A DNA stretch of 64,000 bases, from positions 15,066,001-15,130,000 of the forward strand of contig CP075496.1 of the NCBI GenBank assembly GCA_021613535.1. Reading direction: 5' to 3'. Both the position numbers and the translations under genes were made by a program. The DNA comes from Adineta vaga (Eukaryota > Animalia > Rotifera). How positions within the stretch are numbered: position 1 is the first letter of the stretch; every line of letters begins with the position of its first letter. This document shows positions 41,905 to 55,393 of the stretch, piece after piece. Under the pieces are notes generated by a model, which was given only the letters and a program-made list of their open reading frames with translations, had not been told where the DNA came from and made no database searches.

Positions 41905-42490
41905 TATTTGAAAAGCTAAAAAAAATGTAACAAAAATCAGTGCTACGTCACGCCAGTCATTGAGTCGTGGTGCAACATTTGTTTGATTACTACTGGGAAA
42001 ATGTTTTTGAATAGTATTGTTCATAATGCTATTGTTGATGACTTTTGTAATGGCAATTTTGTTCTCTTCTATCATAGTCCTATGATCATTGATTGTCGCT
42101 TGGATTGCACGAATATCATTTGCAGCAGTAAGATCCCGTTTGTTTCGTGATTCATTATTATATGCTGTGTGAGATAAATAGTAAATTGTTGAATGAATCT
42201 TGATAAAAAAAATATTCATATAATAAAACTCACCTTTTTCAGTAACTAAAATTCCAATCGAATAAGAAAGAAAAATATCCGAAATGAAGAATTGGCACAA
42301 CATGACATGAATTCAGTGGAAATACTATGATAAAATCAACCAAAAATAAAGACAATGCAAATAAATATATTGATATTCAATGGAGAATGTTCAATATGTG
42401 TATCGTAACAAAAGACCTTTACGAATGATTCTCAACGATCATGAATCTACATTTATACAATCGTCATAAAAAACAGATGTGATAAAGATA

Positions 42491-42570
42491 TGTGTGTGGG
42501 TGCGGTTGTGGGTGTCGGTATGAATAAGTGTTAGTAATAAGAAAAAACCTACCCACACCCACACCCACCC
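42491..42570. repeat. Telomere-repeat-armed cassette
   Basis: TGTGTGTGGGTGCGGTTGTGGGTG-spacer-ACCCACACCCACACCCACCC. Confidence 0.7.
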
Positions 42571-42574
42571 TTTC

Positions 42575-42785
42575 TTCGAAATATCATGATAATCAGGTGA
42601 ACAATAAGACTGGAAAACTAATTATTGTTTAGGATTATAATAAAACCAAGGGAGGTGTTGATACTGTTGATCAAATGTGTCAGAAATATACATTAAAAAT
42701 TGCTTTTATTTTTTTATCTTTTAAAGCGGTCGGCGCTTTGTATTTTCTACGGTATGATAGATATGGCGGTCCTAAATGCTTTAAT
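42575..42785 (+). pseudogene. piggyBac transposase C-terminal fragment
   Basis: DYNKTKGGVDTVDQMCQKY...FYGMIDMAVLNA. Confidence 0.8.
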
Positions 42786-43579
42786 AGAGCAAATTTTTTG
42801 TATTAATTGTTCGAGATAAAGAACTAATATGCTCTCAGTATTTTTATTCTGTCAGATAGGATATAACACTAGCATCCTTTTGTCAGCATAGTTGTCTTGG
42901 AATGAAGAAAATTATTTTATAGAAGCGTATATTACTACTCTACTGCGTAAAAAAGCACGGGCGGACTACGGTTATTTGATCAACGAGGAATACGAATTAT
43001 TTCAACGACATGGTATTATAACGAAGCAGTATAAGTTTAACGAATTCTTGTGTTTATTCGAAAGGCATCCACACACATAAACTCTGAGCAAAAAAAACGT
43101 CTTATTAATAAAATCTGCATCTTTAAATAGAGTCGTGATATACAAGGGAATCATCATTTTCGATCCTAAAGACAAAACATTTTCGTGATATTACTCAAAT
43201 AACATCGTATCAGTCTAGCAGATTTCGTCATTGTATTTGTCTTAATAATCGTCTCTTTGTTTCATATTAGTTTTTGAAGTTCTCAACAGCAATGATTGAG
43301 TCCTGTAATATGTCTTCGAAAGGAATTTGTCGCTTTCATTCGACTTAATTCAAAAGAACAAATAGCGATAAGCATTCAAGATGAAAATAATCCAAACAAT
43401 AGTCAATTTCCTGTCGATTCACGTACTTTCTCACGTATGATACCGTTACCTGATGATTGTTGGGCTGTGTTAAATGTAGATACAGATTGTGTTTTTATTC
43501 TCAACAAAAAATGTGAATTATTGATTGAAAAAATTGAATATCATGTTAGAAATTGTAGCAGTCAGTATAATAATGAAAG

Positions 43580-46500
43580 TCATGTATTGCAAGTTGAAAT
43601 GACTTCAACACGTCTTGTTTTCCATTTTTGAATAAAATACATAATTATTTTAACTGTATGTGGCACAACGAGCTTAAGAACTGTTGATAAACCACCTACA
43701 ATACCAATCAATATTGTAGTAACATAGATTGGAGAGTTTTTTTTCACAGCTATATAACGACATTGATTTGGTTGACATTCATTATAATATTTCTCGTATA
43801 TTGATGTTCCATTCCATTCTTCAATCATCAATCCATTTAAGAGATCGGCAATTGTTGCTGTTTGTGAATATCGAATTGAAGATAATGCACGAGGAATTAT
43901 CTGATTTGTTGATTGAGATGATGATGATAATAAATAACCATTTAATTCATTAATACATGTTTGATTATAAAAACATTGAAGATTAGACTGAAGTAATGAT
44001 TCTATTGATAAACAACCAAAATAAAATCCAGGTATGTTGAAAACTACTATTGGTATTATATTTGAATATTGATAAATAGAAGATTGAATTATACATTGAA
44101 AACTTTCATCACAACTACAATTTGAATAAGATGATGATCGTGTAGTTATTTCACTATATCCTGGTAAAATAAATAACCAATAATTCATTTCAATTGCCGA
44201 ATATAAAGCATTTGCTTTTGTTGAACTTCGAATTAGATTTAATGATAATAAAAAACTCTTAATTGTTAATAATCGAAAATTATTAATAAATGATTGAGTT
44301 TGTAATTGAAATAATAATTGAGGAATAAGAGATACAGTAACATATTGAGTTGATTTAAATTGTATTAATCGATAAGATATTGTATCTTGAATAAGTTTAC
44401 AAAATGAATTTAATGTTTGAAAAGAATTTAATCCTGATCTTCGAAAATCAGCTATATAATAACTTTCATTATTGTAATGAGCAAAATAAAGAGACCAATT
44501 GTTTGAAAGAAAAATACTATTACATATTTCATGTAATCTATATTGAATATCAAGAAATTTATCATAATTAATTGAAATATGTTTACAAGGACATAAAAGA
44601 CTTTGTGAATACATTGAATATAATTGAATATAATCGTTAATAGTAGGTTTTTCGATAATAATTGTCTGTTGAATATCAATTAATGATGAAAAGAAGAATA
44701 AAATTATTAATATTATAATAAATAAAAGAATATATAATCGTGTAGATATTCTTTGATTATAAAGTTTATGTTCATTAATTGATGGTGGAATAGATGGAAA
44801 AAGATTTAAATTTTTCAAAAAAATTTTCAATTTATATAATAATATTAAAAATTTTTCTTTTTTTCTTATCAATTCTAAAATATAAATATAAACATATTTA
44901 TATAATCTCGAAGAATTTCAATAAACACTTACGAATATTTGTCTGTGAAAGTTGTTTCTTCTTTCGAATAAATCTTATAATTATTGGTATAATAAATTTA
45001 AATACTGTTGTTAAACCACCTATCACACCAATCAATGTTGAAACTATAGAAATTAGATTATTTTTTGTTATAATTATGTAACGACATTCATTCGGTTGAC
45101 ATTGATTAAAGTATTTATCATAATATCCTGATCCATTCCATTTTTCTAACATTAAATTCTTAATAAGATCACTAATAGTTGAATTTGGAAAATATTTACT
45201 TGATAAAGATGTTTTAAGAGCTTTGAATTTTAATGAAATTAAAAATGATGATGATAAATAAACTTGAAATTGATCGATACATGTTTGATTATAAAAACAT
45301 TGAAGATTAGATTGAAGTAATGCTTCAATTATATAACAACCATAATAAATACCTGGTATTGTAATTAATATATTCTTATTCAAATAATCATAAATAGAAG
45401 CTTGTGAAAAACAAGTACCTGATTCACTACAACGACAATCATCATAGAAATATTCTTTAGTATTTACTAAATAAGATTGATTTGAAGCGAATAATAAAGA
45501 ATAGATTTGTAAACCAGAAAATAATCTATTTGCTTGAGTTGTATTACGAATTATATTTAATGTTAATATAAAACTATTTGTTATTGATATTCGAAATTCA
45601 TTAATATATAATTGAATATGTAATTCAAATAATTCTTTAGATACAACATTTGCACTTATATAACGATTTATATTCAATTGAATTAAATTATTTGAAATTG
45701 TGTTTTCAATTAATTTACAAAATCCACGTAATGCATGAAATGTATATTTACCAGTTACTTGAAAATCTTCCATATAATATGAACCTTTACCTTGAAGATA
45801 TTTTATCCATTCATTAGTAATAAATATACTATTACATATTTGATGCATTGTATATTCTATAGATATTAATTTATCATAACTAATAGAAATTTCATTACAT
45901 GGACATATAAGATTTGATGAATATTTATCATATAATTGTAAATATTGTTTAAAAGTTGGTTTTGAAATAATAATTATTTTTTCAATATTAATTAATGATG
46001 TATATAAAATGAGAATAGTTATACTTAAAATAAATATAATGATAAATATTTTTGTTGATATTCTTTGAGTTTGAAGTTCATATTGATCAATTGATGGTGG
46101 AATTGATGGAAATAGATTATATTGAATACAATATCGTTTGAATTTTAAGAATATATTTTTTTTACATAAAATTTCTGAAAAATAATATTTCTAAATAGTT
46201 TAAAATCTTAACTATGTATAATATCTTACTTGTGTATCGTTGTGTTTGATCTTTCTTTTTTCGTATAAATATTATCACATATGGTACAATATATGTTAAA
46301 ACTGTTGTTAAACCACCGACAATACCAATTAATGTTAGAATTATATAAATTATAGAATTTTTTGTTACAATTATATAATAACATTGTTTTGGTTTACATT
46401 CATTATAATATCTATCATATATTAATGTTTCTGTCCATTTTTCAATCATTAATTTATTAATAAGATCATTTATAATTGTTGTTTCTAAATATTGACTTGA

Positions 46501-47469
46501 TAATGTTGAATTTAAAGCTATAAAATTCAATGTAGAAGATGAAGATATATCAAATTTGACTTGATTTATACATGTTTGATTATAAAAACATTGAAGATTC
46601 GATTGAAGTAATGCTTCAATTACAAAACATCCGATATAAAATCCCGATATAGTTATAAATATATCTTCATTTAATGAATAAATTTGAATTTCTTCAATAC
46701 ATTTAGTTGATATTGCACAATCACAATTTCCATATATTTTTGAATCTGAACTAATCCAATTATCTGTTTGTAGATTAAATTCTACATTTGTTTGTAAAGC
46801 TGAAGTTAAATGATTTCCTTGAGTTGTATTTTGAATCATATTAAGAGATAATAAAAAATGATTTGTTGTTGAAATTTTAAATTGATCAAAGAATGATTCA
46901 ATTTGAGATTTAAATAATTCGATTGATGACAAAGTTGATGTTATATATTGTGTTGAATAAAATTCAGTTAAACTATTTAAAATTGTTTTTTCAATAAGTT
47001 CACAAAACATATTTAATGCTTCAAATCCATACGACATTTGTGTTCGATAATCATCATTAACAAATAGAAAATTAGAAGATAACTTCAAAGGTAATATCCA
47101 TTCATTAGTAATAAATATACTATTACATATTTGATGCATTGTATATTCTATAGATATTAATTTATCATAACTAATAGAAATTTCACTACATGGACATGTA
47201 AGATTTGATGAATATTTATCATATAATTGTAAATATTGTTCAAAAGTAAGATTTTCAATAGTTATTATCTTTTGAATATCAATTAATGATGTATATAAAA
47301 TGAAAATACTTATGATTAAAATAAATAAAATAATAAATATTCTTGTTGATATTCGTTGAGTTTGAAGTTCATGTTGATCAATTGATGGGGGAATTGATGG
47401 GAAAAGATTTAGATTTTCAAGAAAATTTCTCATTTTATGAGAAAGCAATAAAATACGATTCATTCTCAA
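43580..47469 (-). CDS. Large membrane protein made of three tandem ~420-aa Cys-rich TM-ectodomain-TM modules (one gene, 2 introns)
   Basis: Each module has NLFPSIPPSI, LxCPC, HxICNS, CxC, GxYxGC..LLQSNLQCFYNQTC, YYNECxPxxC and IG.VGGL. Phase-1 introns at ~46229-46175 and ~44931-44875 join the modules in frame. Confidence 0.78.
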
Positions 47470-47661
47470 ATTATATCAAAACTTCAATAAAAATAAAACA
47501 ATTACTTTTTTTTCTTGTGTTTACAATAAATAGAATACTTTGTATATAGTGTGCGCATGATATAAAATATGAAGAGAAAAAATCTCATTATTTTTCATAT
47601 GAAAATATCGTTTAAATATTATTTTGAATATCTTTTTTAGAAACACTCAAATGTAATTATT

Positions 47662-47750
47662 TTGAGGGTGTGGGTGTGGGTGAGGCTGTGGAAGGGTGCA
47701 AGTCAGTGTCTTTATCCACCCACACCCACACCCACACCCACACCCATCAA
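47662..47750. repeat. Telomere-repeat-armed palindromic cassette (young)
   Basis: TTGAGGGTGTGGGTGTGGGTG-spacer-(CACCCA)5 TCAA. Confidence 0.85.
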
Positions 47751-48520
47751 ACATCGATTGTTAAATTAACTATTGTAATCATAGTAATAATATTTACTAT
47801 TGGTTTAATCAATGCATTTTTATCTATCATAACATTTCGTTCAAAGAAAACACGAGATGTTAGTTGTGGTTTATATTTATTCATATCTTCATGAATTTCA
47901 GTATTTATAATTTCTGTATTATAGTTATTAAATGTTTTTAATTAATATTTTCTCAAAAAAGGTATTCTTATAAATCAATTATGGCTAAATTTAGTATTTC
48001 ATTTTTTTAGATATGATTATTCAAACATTTTTATTTTTAACTTCAAATGATTGGATATATGGAAATGTTTCAATTGAACGAGTTATATATGTTTTTATTA
48101 AAAAAACTTAATTTAATAAATTAAAAAGTAAACATTTTTCAAAATAGATTAATTTAATTATTATTCTTTTTCATTTCTTTATACGATTTGTAATTAATAT
48201 TATTTCAATTATTATATTTATGGCTCGTTCTCATATCATTATTCAACAAGTATTAACATATAAACAACATTTAATGACATTATCTATATTAATCTTATTA
48301 GCTTTACCACGTTTAATCATATATTATATATAAATGATTGTATGAAATTATCACGAAATTTTTGTTTATTTCTATTTCTTTATTTAATTTCATTTTTACT
48401 ATCTAATGATAACCTTTCTTAATTATGTATTATATCATCAGAAAAATATAAAAAAGATTTTTATAGTACTATATGCAACAAACAATACAAAGAGCTCATC
48501 GACGTTTGTTTAACAAATGA
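47751..48520 (+). pseudogene. 5'-truncated degraded GPCR (LDLa/EGF-GPCR family C-terminus)
   Basis: IFTIGLINAFLSIITFRSKKTRDVSCGLYLFISS*, VSIER and LALPRLI motifs with stops. Confidence 0.65.
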
Positions 48521-48639
48521 ATTCATAAATAAAATGAATTGAAAATACATCAATTTACTTTTAATGTTTATTTATGTCTTTTCATTTTATTTGTTAGTTT
48601 TTAAACTGATCTTTTTATTTCTATTCTTTTATTCTCATC

Positions 48640-48696
48640 TTAAGGGTATATGGTAAATGTATAACTATGAATAAGTAACATCCATTCACATCCTCA
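48640..48696. repeat. Telomere-repeat cassette (degenerate)
   Basis: (CATC)TTAAGGGTATATGG...CATCCATTCACATCCTCA. Confidence 0.5.
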
Positions 48697-49821
48697 TCAT
48701 TTTCATTAGGGTTTCGTAACTTATTAATTGGATCTGAACGCAAAGAAGCATAGAACCTTGTGATTATACCTACTGTCCTGATATTTTATTCAATATCCTG
48801 AACAACCTTTATTATAATTTGTTCTTAAAATATTTTACAATAAAGTCAAATATTGTTTTCTTTTATGTCAAGCAGAATTATAAAGATGAATTATTCAAAG
48901 TAATTCGTCATGTTATTTGTCTTAATGAAACATTCATATATACAATGTTACTCTGATAACATCAATCAATAGTATCCGTTAGAGTCTTGAAAATTATCTT
49001 CTACTTACAAATCTGTCATTTATTTCCATTATCATATTTATTTTATTAAATGACAAAAAGCATCAACTAGAGAATATTTCTTCGAAGTAAATTTTAAATT
49101 AATACATAAACATCTTTTTATTTAATGAATTATATAGAGAATATTCCTTCACTAATATATCTCAACTATTAATAATAAATTCATAATCAATTCGTTTGTG
49201 ATGAATTTATTTATCTAATGGTTATATAACGAATCAATGATGGATATGTTGATTGTCTGTTTGATGAAAATGAGAAAAATAATAAATACAATATCACTCT
49301 TTCATATCATTATCGATACTTTGATTTATCGATGATATTTAATATATTAGTTATTAACAATTCGATAACGAAATAGAGAAATGTTTAGATGACAGTGATG
49401 AACTTTCTATTCCATTGAATTGGCATTATTTTCGATGTGATTTCAGTGAAGAATATTCTCGTTGAGTGTTCCGTAATATATATCTCAACAATTATTGATC
49501 GTATTAATAAAAACACATGATTTTTAAATAAATTGTTTTATTTGTCATTAAAATAATAACAATTGAATGTATAAATTCTTAATTAATTATTGGTGAAGAT
49601 TGAATAGAAATATTTAAATAATACTTCATCATTTCTATTGTATTTAAATTGATATAAATCAAAAATGATCGATTGTGATCACCTATACTCTTTTGATCAT
49701 CAATAAAATATATCGAAATATTTTTATTTATTAAATCTATAAGATAAAACAATATTCAATTATCAATTCTATTGATTATACTATTTTCCATATATGAAAA
49801 AATGAATGAATAAACAGAGAA

Positions 49822-49869
49822 TTGAGGATGTGAGTGATATATTTATTCATTAATCCCATACACATCCAA
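49822..49869. repeat. Telomere-repeat cassette (degenerate)
   Basis: TTGAGGATGTGAGTG...CCCATACACATCCAA(GAT). Confidence 0.55.
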
Positions 49870-50053
49870 GATTTTTAATGAAATTTTATTTATATTTGTG
49901 AGGATAAAAAGAATTGTGTGATATATTCTCATGTTTATCTGCGTATGTATGAATTTTCAAAATTTTGAATTTCAAGAGAAAATTAAGTATCATTCATTAT
50001 GATAAAGCAAAAAATAGATTTATGAGAGAGAAAAAAAAAGGTTTTTCCTCTTA

Positions 50054-50547
50054 TCAATATGACACATAAGAATAAAGTTTAATTGTTTTAGTAGCTACAA
50101 GAATAGAAAAAATAACAATAGAAATAATACCAAGAATTGTAGCAAAAATATTAAGAATTTTAGCCGATTTTGATGATTTCAATGCACCTTGAAGATCTCC
50201 AGAACATTTTCTATTTCTTGTTTCTTCAGACTTCATACAAGCAAAAATACCAAGTACGAAAAAACAAAATAAAATATTGAGAATTGACCATGTTCTATAT
50301 TCTGGAACATTTACTATCTGTAATGTCATTCTATTATTAATGATCCTTGTTCTATTGTTAATCATGACAGGAATATTTTGTCCATATTGATAATTGATTA
50401 TTGGTTGACTTGAATGATGATTTAGGATATTGTTAGTATTTAGATGAGTATAAATCGGTGGTGGTTGATGTACGATGACATGGTTTGTTTCAATTTTTTT
50501 TTATCATCATTATTTGAATTAATCATTGATATAACATTCGTCTTCAT
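50054..50547 (-). CDS. CD225/dispanin (IFITM-like) membrane protein; 1-bp frameshift in an A-run near 50500
   Basis: VPEYRTWSILNILFCFFVLGIFACMKS...GDLQGALKSSKSAKILN followed by a TM; Pro-rich N-terminus upstream. Confidence 0.8.
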
Positions 50548-53279
50548 AGTTAATATGAGTATTTTATCAAAAGAAAAACTATAGAAATACTTTCAAAAGA
50601 TGAATTCTGAAGAAAAAAAGTGTTTTTCTAATTGTAAAATATGACTTTTCTATGAGATTAAAAAAGTCTTTTTCTATTAGAAAATGAGTAAATACACTAT
50701 TTCAACATTGACATCAAATCTTTAGAAAATAAATATAAAGAAGAAACAAAAAAACTGTATTTCTTAACAATTATATCTAACTTGTTTTTAATAAAATCAC
50801 AAATTGTCAATGTTTATTTTGTTTATTGAAATAATAATATTTATATTTATATAAAAATATTTCTTTATTCATAATTAAAAGTTATGAACAATTTGTCTAA
50901 TTCATAAAACTACTCATTAATCTTAAGCAATAATATATTAAACACTAAATCATCTATTTAATTTTTAGTTTTTTTTATAAACAAATAGATTACATTTTCA
51001 ATATAAATGATGTTTAAAATGATGATCTAAAAGAATCTTTATAACTTATTTATTTTCTTTTTTTATTAATACAATATTATAAGTAGAAAATGTTTCACAA
51101 TTTCATTCAAGAAGATTAGAGGGATCTGTTTTTTCTAGATAATAGTTTGTTATTATCACTGTTTTATGTTGTAAATTCTCTTAAATTATATATTTGAATT
51201 TTCGTTGTATTCTTGTTTCATCAGAAAAATGAACAATTGTTATTTTATCTTTATTTTCATTTGTATCTTCTATAATATTTACTACAATTCTATGATGAAA
51301 ATAAGTGATTTTATTATTCACAACAGTTGATAGATGAGCATTAAACATATAATCATTTATATTGACTACGTTTATTTAATTCTCGAGCGCTTGGATATTG
51401 AAAATATATACTGAAAACTTTGAACACATACGTACAATAATAACAAAGATGATAAACGCGTCATCATTTTATTCTTATATTATGATGAGATTAATGTCTA
51501 GTAAATAATTTATATAGAACAACTAACGAACTTGGAAAATTCTAGGTGAAAAAAAAGGTTTTATATTTCAGTTGAGTTAAATACTTTCTTTTACCAATCA
51601 AAATCTTTCTGATTAGTTTATCTCATTGAATAAATTATAAAATTAATGATTCATATATATTCTTTTTTCTTTCTTCATTCTTTGTTGGAAATTTCAATAA
51701 ATATCTTAGATAAATATTTTTATTCTCCAACTTTTTCTACGCATCAAATTACAATAAAGGAAAAATCAATATTGTAAAAAGTTTTAAATGATAAAAGAAT
51801 ATAATTTGAGATTAATATTTAAATATCTTATTAGATTGTCATTAAGATTATTTAATTTTGTTTCATATAAACAAATTGTTTGAGTTGTATCTGTCTGTAT
51901 CTATCAATTGTATAACAAAACATCTATATGACGATTTTGAAGGATATATTTATTTTACATTGTAAAATTCTTAATGAAATAATCGATTTGATAAACAATG
52001 AATATATTAAAAAAAAAGTCTAAAATTACGAGGAAAAATAGATTCTTTTCTTATTAAACTTATGGTTTAATTGAATTAATGAAACAATTATTTTAAATGT
52101 AAATCTTTCTTGTAAAACATATGTCATAAAGAATATATAGAAGAGACTTAAGAGAATTTGTGTAATAAAAAAAAAGATAAAAATACTCGATATTAAAAGA
52201 CATATCGTTGATAAAACTATTTAAAGAATTTTTATTAAAATTGCTCAAATCTTAGAAGAAATTTCATCACCAACAACAACATTTATTGATGGTAATACTA
52301 AGTGAGAATTCAGAACACCAGAAACGATCATAATGACACATATTCTAATAGAAAAGTCGTTTTTTGTGTTCAAAGTTTTTTAACTATTGAAATGGAAATC
52401 GAATATGAATTCATCGATCAATTGTTATTCTTAATAAAAGTCAAGCTATGTATAACAGTGAATAAGCGATACGGCACAATTGATTTATTAGATTCTTATT
52501 TGTTGTGTGAATATTAAAATAAATAAATAAATAAATAAACTATTTTTAGATATAATTTACGAAGAGTTTGACAATGAAAGATTGTTATACTTATAGAATG
52601 ACCAAAAGAGAATCACATTTCTTTGTAGATATGTAATAGCAGATGAATCAAATCCTGATGGACGACTCATTTCACCACCAGGAGGAAGTGGTGGGTCCAT
52701 TCTATCGTCACCATCATTTGAAGGATCAGTGTGATTACCGATATTATTATTCATCTAGACGTATTGATATTTTGTAAATATGAAATTAACTTATAATTAC
52801 ATCCGCTTCAGATCTTTTAACCAACGTCGAAGAATATTTTTTAGGATGTAATTATGAAATGTCAGGATTTTTTTCTAAAATCATACAAATCTCTCCATGA
52901 AATCAATTGCCCAATTCATCTCAAAAATAATTCCAATCAGAGGAAGTAAAATATATAATCAAAATAAAATGAAAGTACATATACGTTTTTGACACTTGTG
53001 CCAACATTAGTCATCGAAAACGCGTCTATATAAAAGAGAGAATAAGTAAATGCTTTAGCACTGCAAGAATAACCGTTTAGAAGAAAAATCAACAAGCACC
53101 AGTAAGTGTTACTTTGAATATATTTTTCTTTCAATAAGAAATTGTTCATAGTTGTAAAATATTTTTAATTCAATGCAACGAATTACTGAAAATGTTCATT
53201 AAACTATTTTCAGATTGTTCATTTGATTCAGCAAAAAATCTGTCTTCTTCCATTTGTCAGTGCTTTCATTCATTTATTA

Positions 53280-54452
53280 ATGGCATCGAATGAAATTCAA
53301 TTTACTGATTGGTCGAAAGAAGTACCAACAGAGCATCATGAAGTACAAGTAATCAAAGAGTCTCTTTATCCAGTTTTCGAATTAGATTCACATCGTGTAG
53401 CATCGCCCACTCATTATATAACACAAACAGCGGAGTCTAATGAAAATAAGTAAAGTATTTCTTCTATAGAATATTTCTATTTTCATTTCTATTTTCATGA
53501 TAAAGGACTGAGAAGAAAACTTTTTGTACTGCTTACAAATGGTGGATATTGATTTTGTGTATTGTTTCAATTGGTTTACTAATAATTTGCATAGTTTTAT
53601 CGATTTTGTTTGCAAAGAAATATAATAAAACAAGTATGCATTAGTCAACTTATTATTTCTATCGATTTGTTTTTCTGAAAGAGTGTGGAAGTTTTGAACA
53701 TTGCACTGTCGTATACAACATATTTATCCAATAGATATACTTTGTATTTTTAAGACGCAACACCAGTAACTTCAACAACAACAACAACAACAACCTCAAT
53801 TACTAGAAGCACGTCAGCAACAACTTTACAAACAGCTGATCCAAGTAAATACAATATCTAAAATTGCTCTCATGACTTTCTCTCCCTAAAGAACGTATTC
53901 ATCAAATTTTTTAGTTCTTTTATCAGATACATAGAAATATTGCTTAATTCTTTTCTTTTTAATGTAGTCTGTGGATATGGCGAGACATTGTTAACATTCG
54001 ATGATTTACAATTTCCATTCTACGGAGACATACCAGATGGTTATCAGAACTTCAACTGGGATAATGCTGGAGCTATCCGTATCGATGCTCTTCCAGTAAG
54101 TGGATATCACACGGCTGTTGTCAGTGGAACATATGCATTATACAACACAAATGCTTTTCCAATGAATATGTCACGTGTCAATGGCAGTCGTTTTACTTTA
54201 CATTCTGCTGCACTTACCGCAGCCTGGAATGACAATTTACAATTGAGAGTAATTGGATATCGTTCCAATATCGTCGTTGCAAACAATACTTTTACACTTC
54301 AAGTCTTTACAGTATCCAATTTAACATTTCATGGATATTCTGCATTAGATACCGCTGTATTTTCATCATCAGGTGGAACGAACAATCCATACGTACTTAA
54401 TTTCACTGGTTTTCAGTTTGCGATGGATAATCTTTGTTTGAGTTTTACATAA
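53280..54452 (+). CDS. Type II membrane protein: TM + Thr-rich stalk + 'TFDD...MDNLC' domain (multi-exon)
   Basis: Exons ~53280-53449, 53505-53633 (TM WWILILCIVSIGLLII), ~53755-53844 (Thr-rich), 53968-54452; domain paralogous to 18193-18647. Confidence 0.72.
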
Positions 54453-55163
54453 ATGTGAAAATAAGAAATTTTTCCTGAGAATGTGGTTGTACCGTTTCTC
54501 ATCACTCACACTTGCACTTTCAACCAATCTAAAATACTTCACGAGGTATATGAAATTTTCAAAATGTTCATAATTGCGATCTTTACTGCTTTTTCGTCGT
54601 ATGAAAATGTTGATCATACGTGTTGAATCATTTAGTTATATACGAAACTAAAAGTAGAATGTAAATAGGCAACAGATATTTTCGATTTCTATAACTCTTT
54701 ATAGAATCAGTAAGCTTGAGTATAGTTAGTGTTTGGTCTTGGAATCATTGTTCGGAATCGCTATTAAAATAATCAAAGATCAAATATCACACTAACACCA
54801 TTCAGTTTTTGAGTTGAACTTGGTATTATACTTTTCATCTCTATACTTCCGTCGATATATTTCAGTCTCGCAGATGTCATAGGTATGTTATAAATTATAA
54901 TTAATAATTAATTAAGTAGAGTAATCTAAAAGAAGACGATCAATGATCTGTTAATAATACATGTACTATGAAATGAAAACAACTATATATTAATACTATA
55001 TGATTCAATAGTAAAATCATCATGTTGAAACAGATTATAGCAGTAAAGATAACAGAGAATTGAATAGATTAATTTAGAAAAAATAACCAGTCACTATTCA
55101 AATAGATGATCTTATTTCCGTATTGATCAGAACAATAAAATATTGTCTATTTGCATAATGAAT

Positions 55164-55223
55164 TTGAGGGTGGATGTGGGTGTGGGTGAGAGATAAATAA
55201 AATAAACACATCCACATCCTCAA
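55164..55223. repeat. Telomere-repeat-armed palindromic cassette
   Basis: TTGAGGGTGGATGTGGGTGTGGGTG-spacer-CACATCCACATCCTCAA. Confidence 0.8.
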
Positions 55224-55393
55224 AATATGTCTATGAGTAAACTGAGTTCTCGGTGATTTCTAGTTGGAAATCAGTTTGTTCTCCCTTGATATCGCCTGAT
55301 TTATGCAAGATTTCGTTGATTAGTTAGCTTCATACATGAGTTAGGGTGAATTGAAGCGAACTCATAGGACAAGATATAGACGAGACAAAATGA

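Larger units (their letters stand above)
40406..42303 (-). pseudogene. ~194-aa signal/furin/coiled-coil/TM protein interrupted by mariner
   Basis: Exon 1 42303-42234, exon 2 from 42164. Removing the mariner plus one TA restores the frame ...LAFQI|LHYCIC...IYPMLFQKPPPQ...NKR*. Confidence 0.7.

Noticed and set aside
42892-43560. Plus-strand ORF pieces as a gene
   Set aside because: Fragmentary, with no recognisable motif or consistent splice model.
47670-47894. ORF with a THTHTH repeat (also 63464-63757)
   Set aside because: This is translation through (CACCCA)n cassette arms, not a His-rich protein.
50490-50505. Programmed frameshift in the CD225 gene
   Set aside because: A 1-bp shift in an A9 run is more simply a homopolymer error or mutation.
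51450-53030. AAACGCGTC words (51455, 53018, also 8147) as further hammerheads
   Set aside because: No upstream CUGANGA core or stems.
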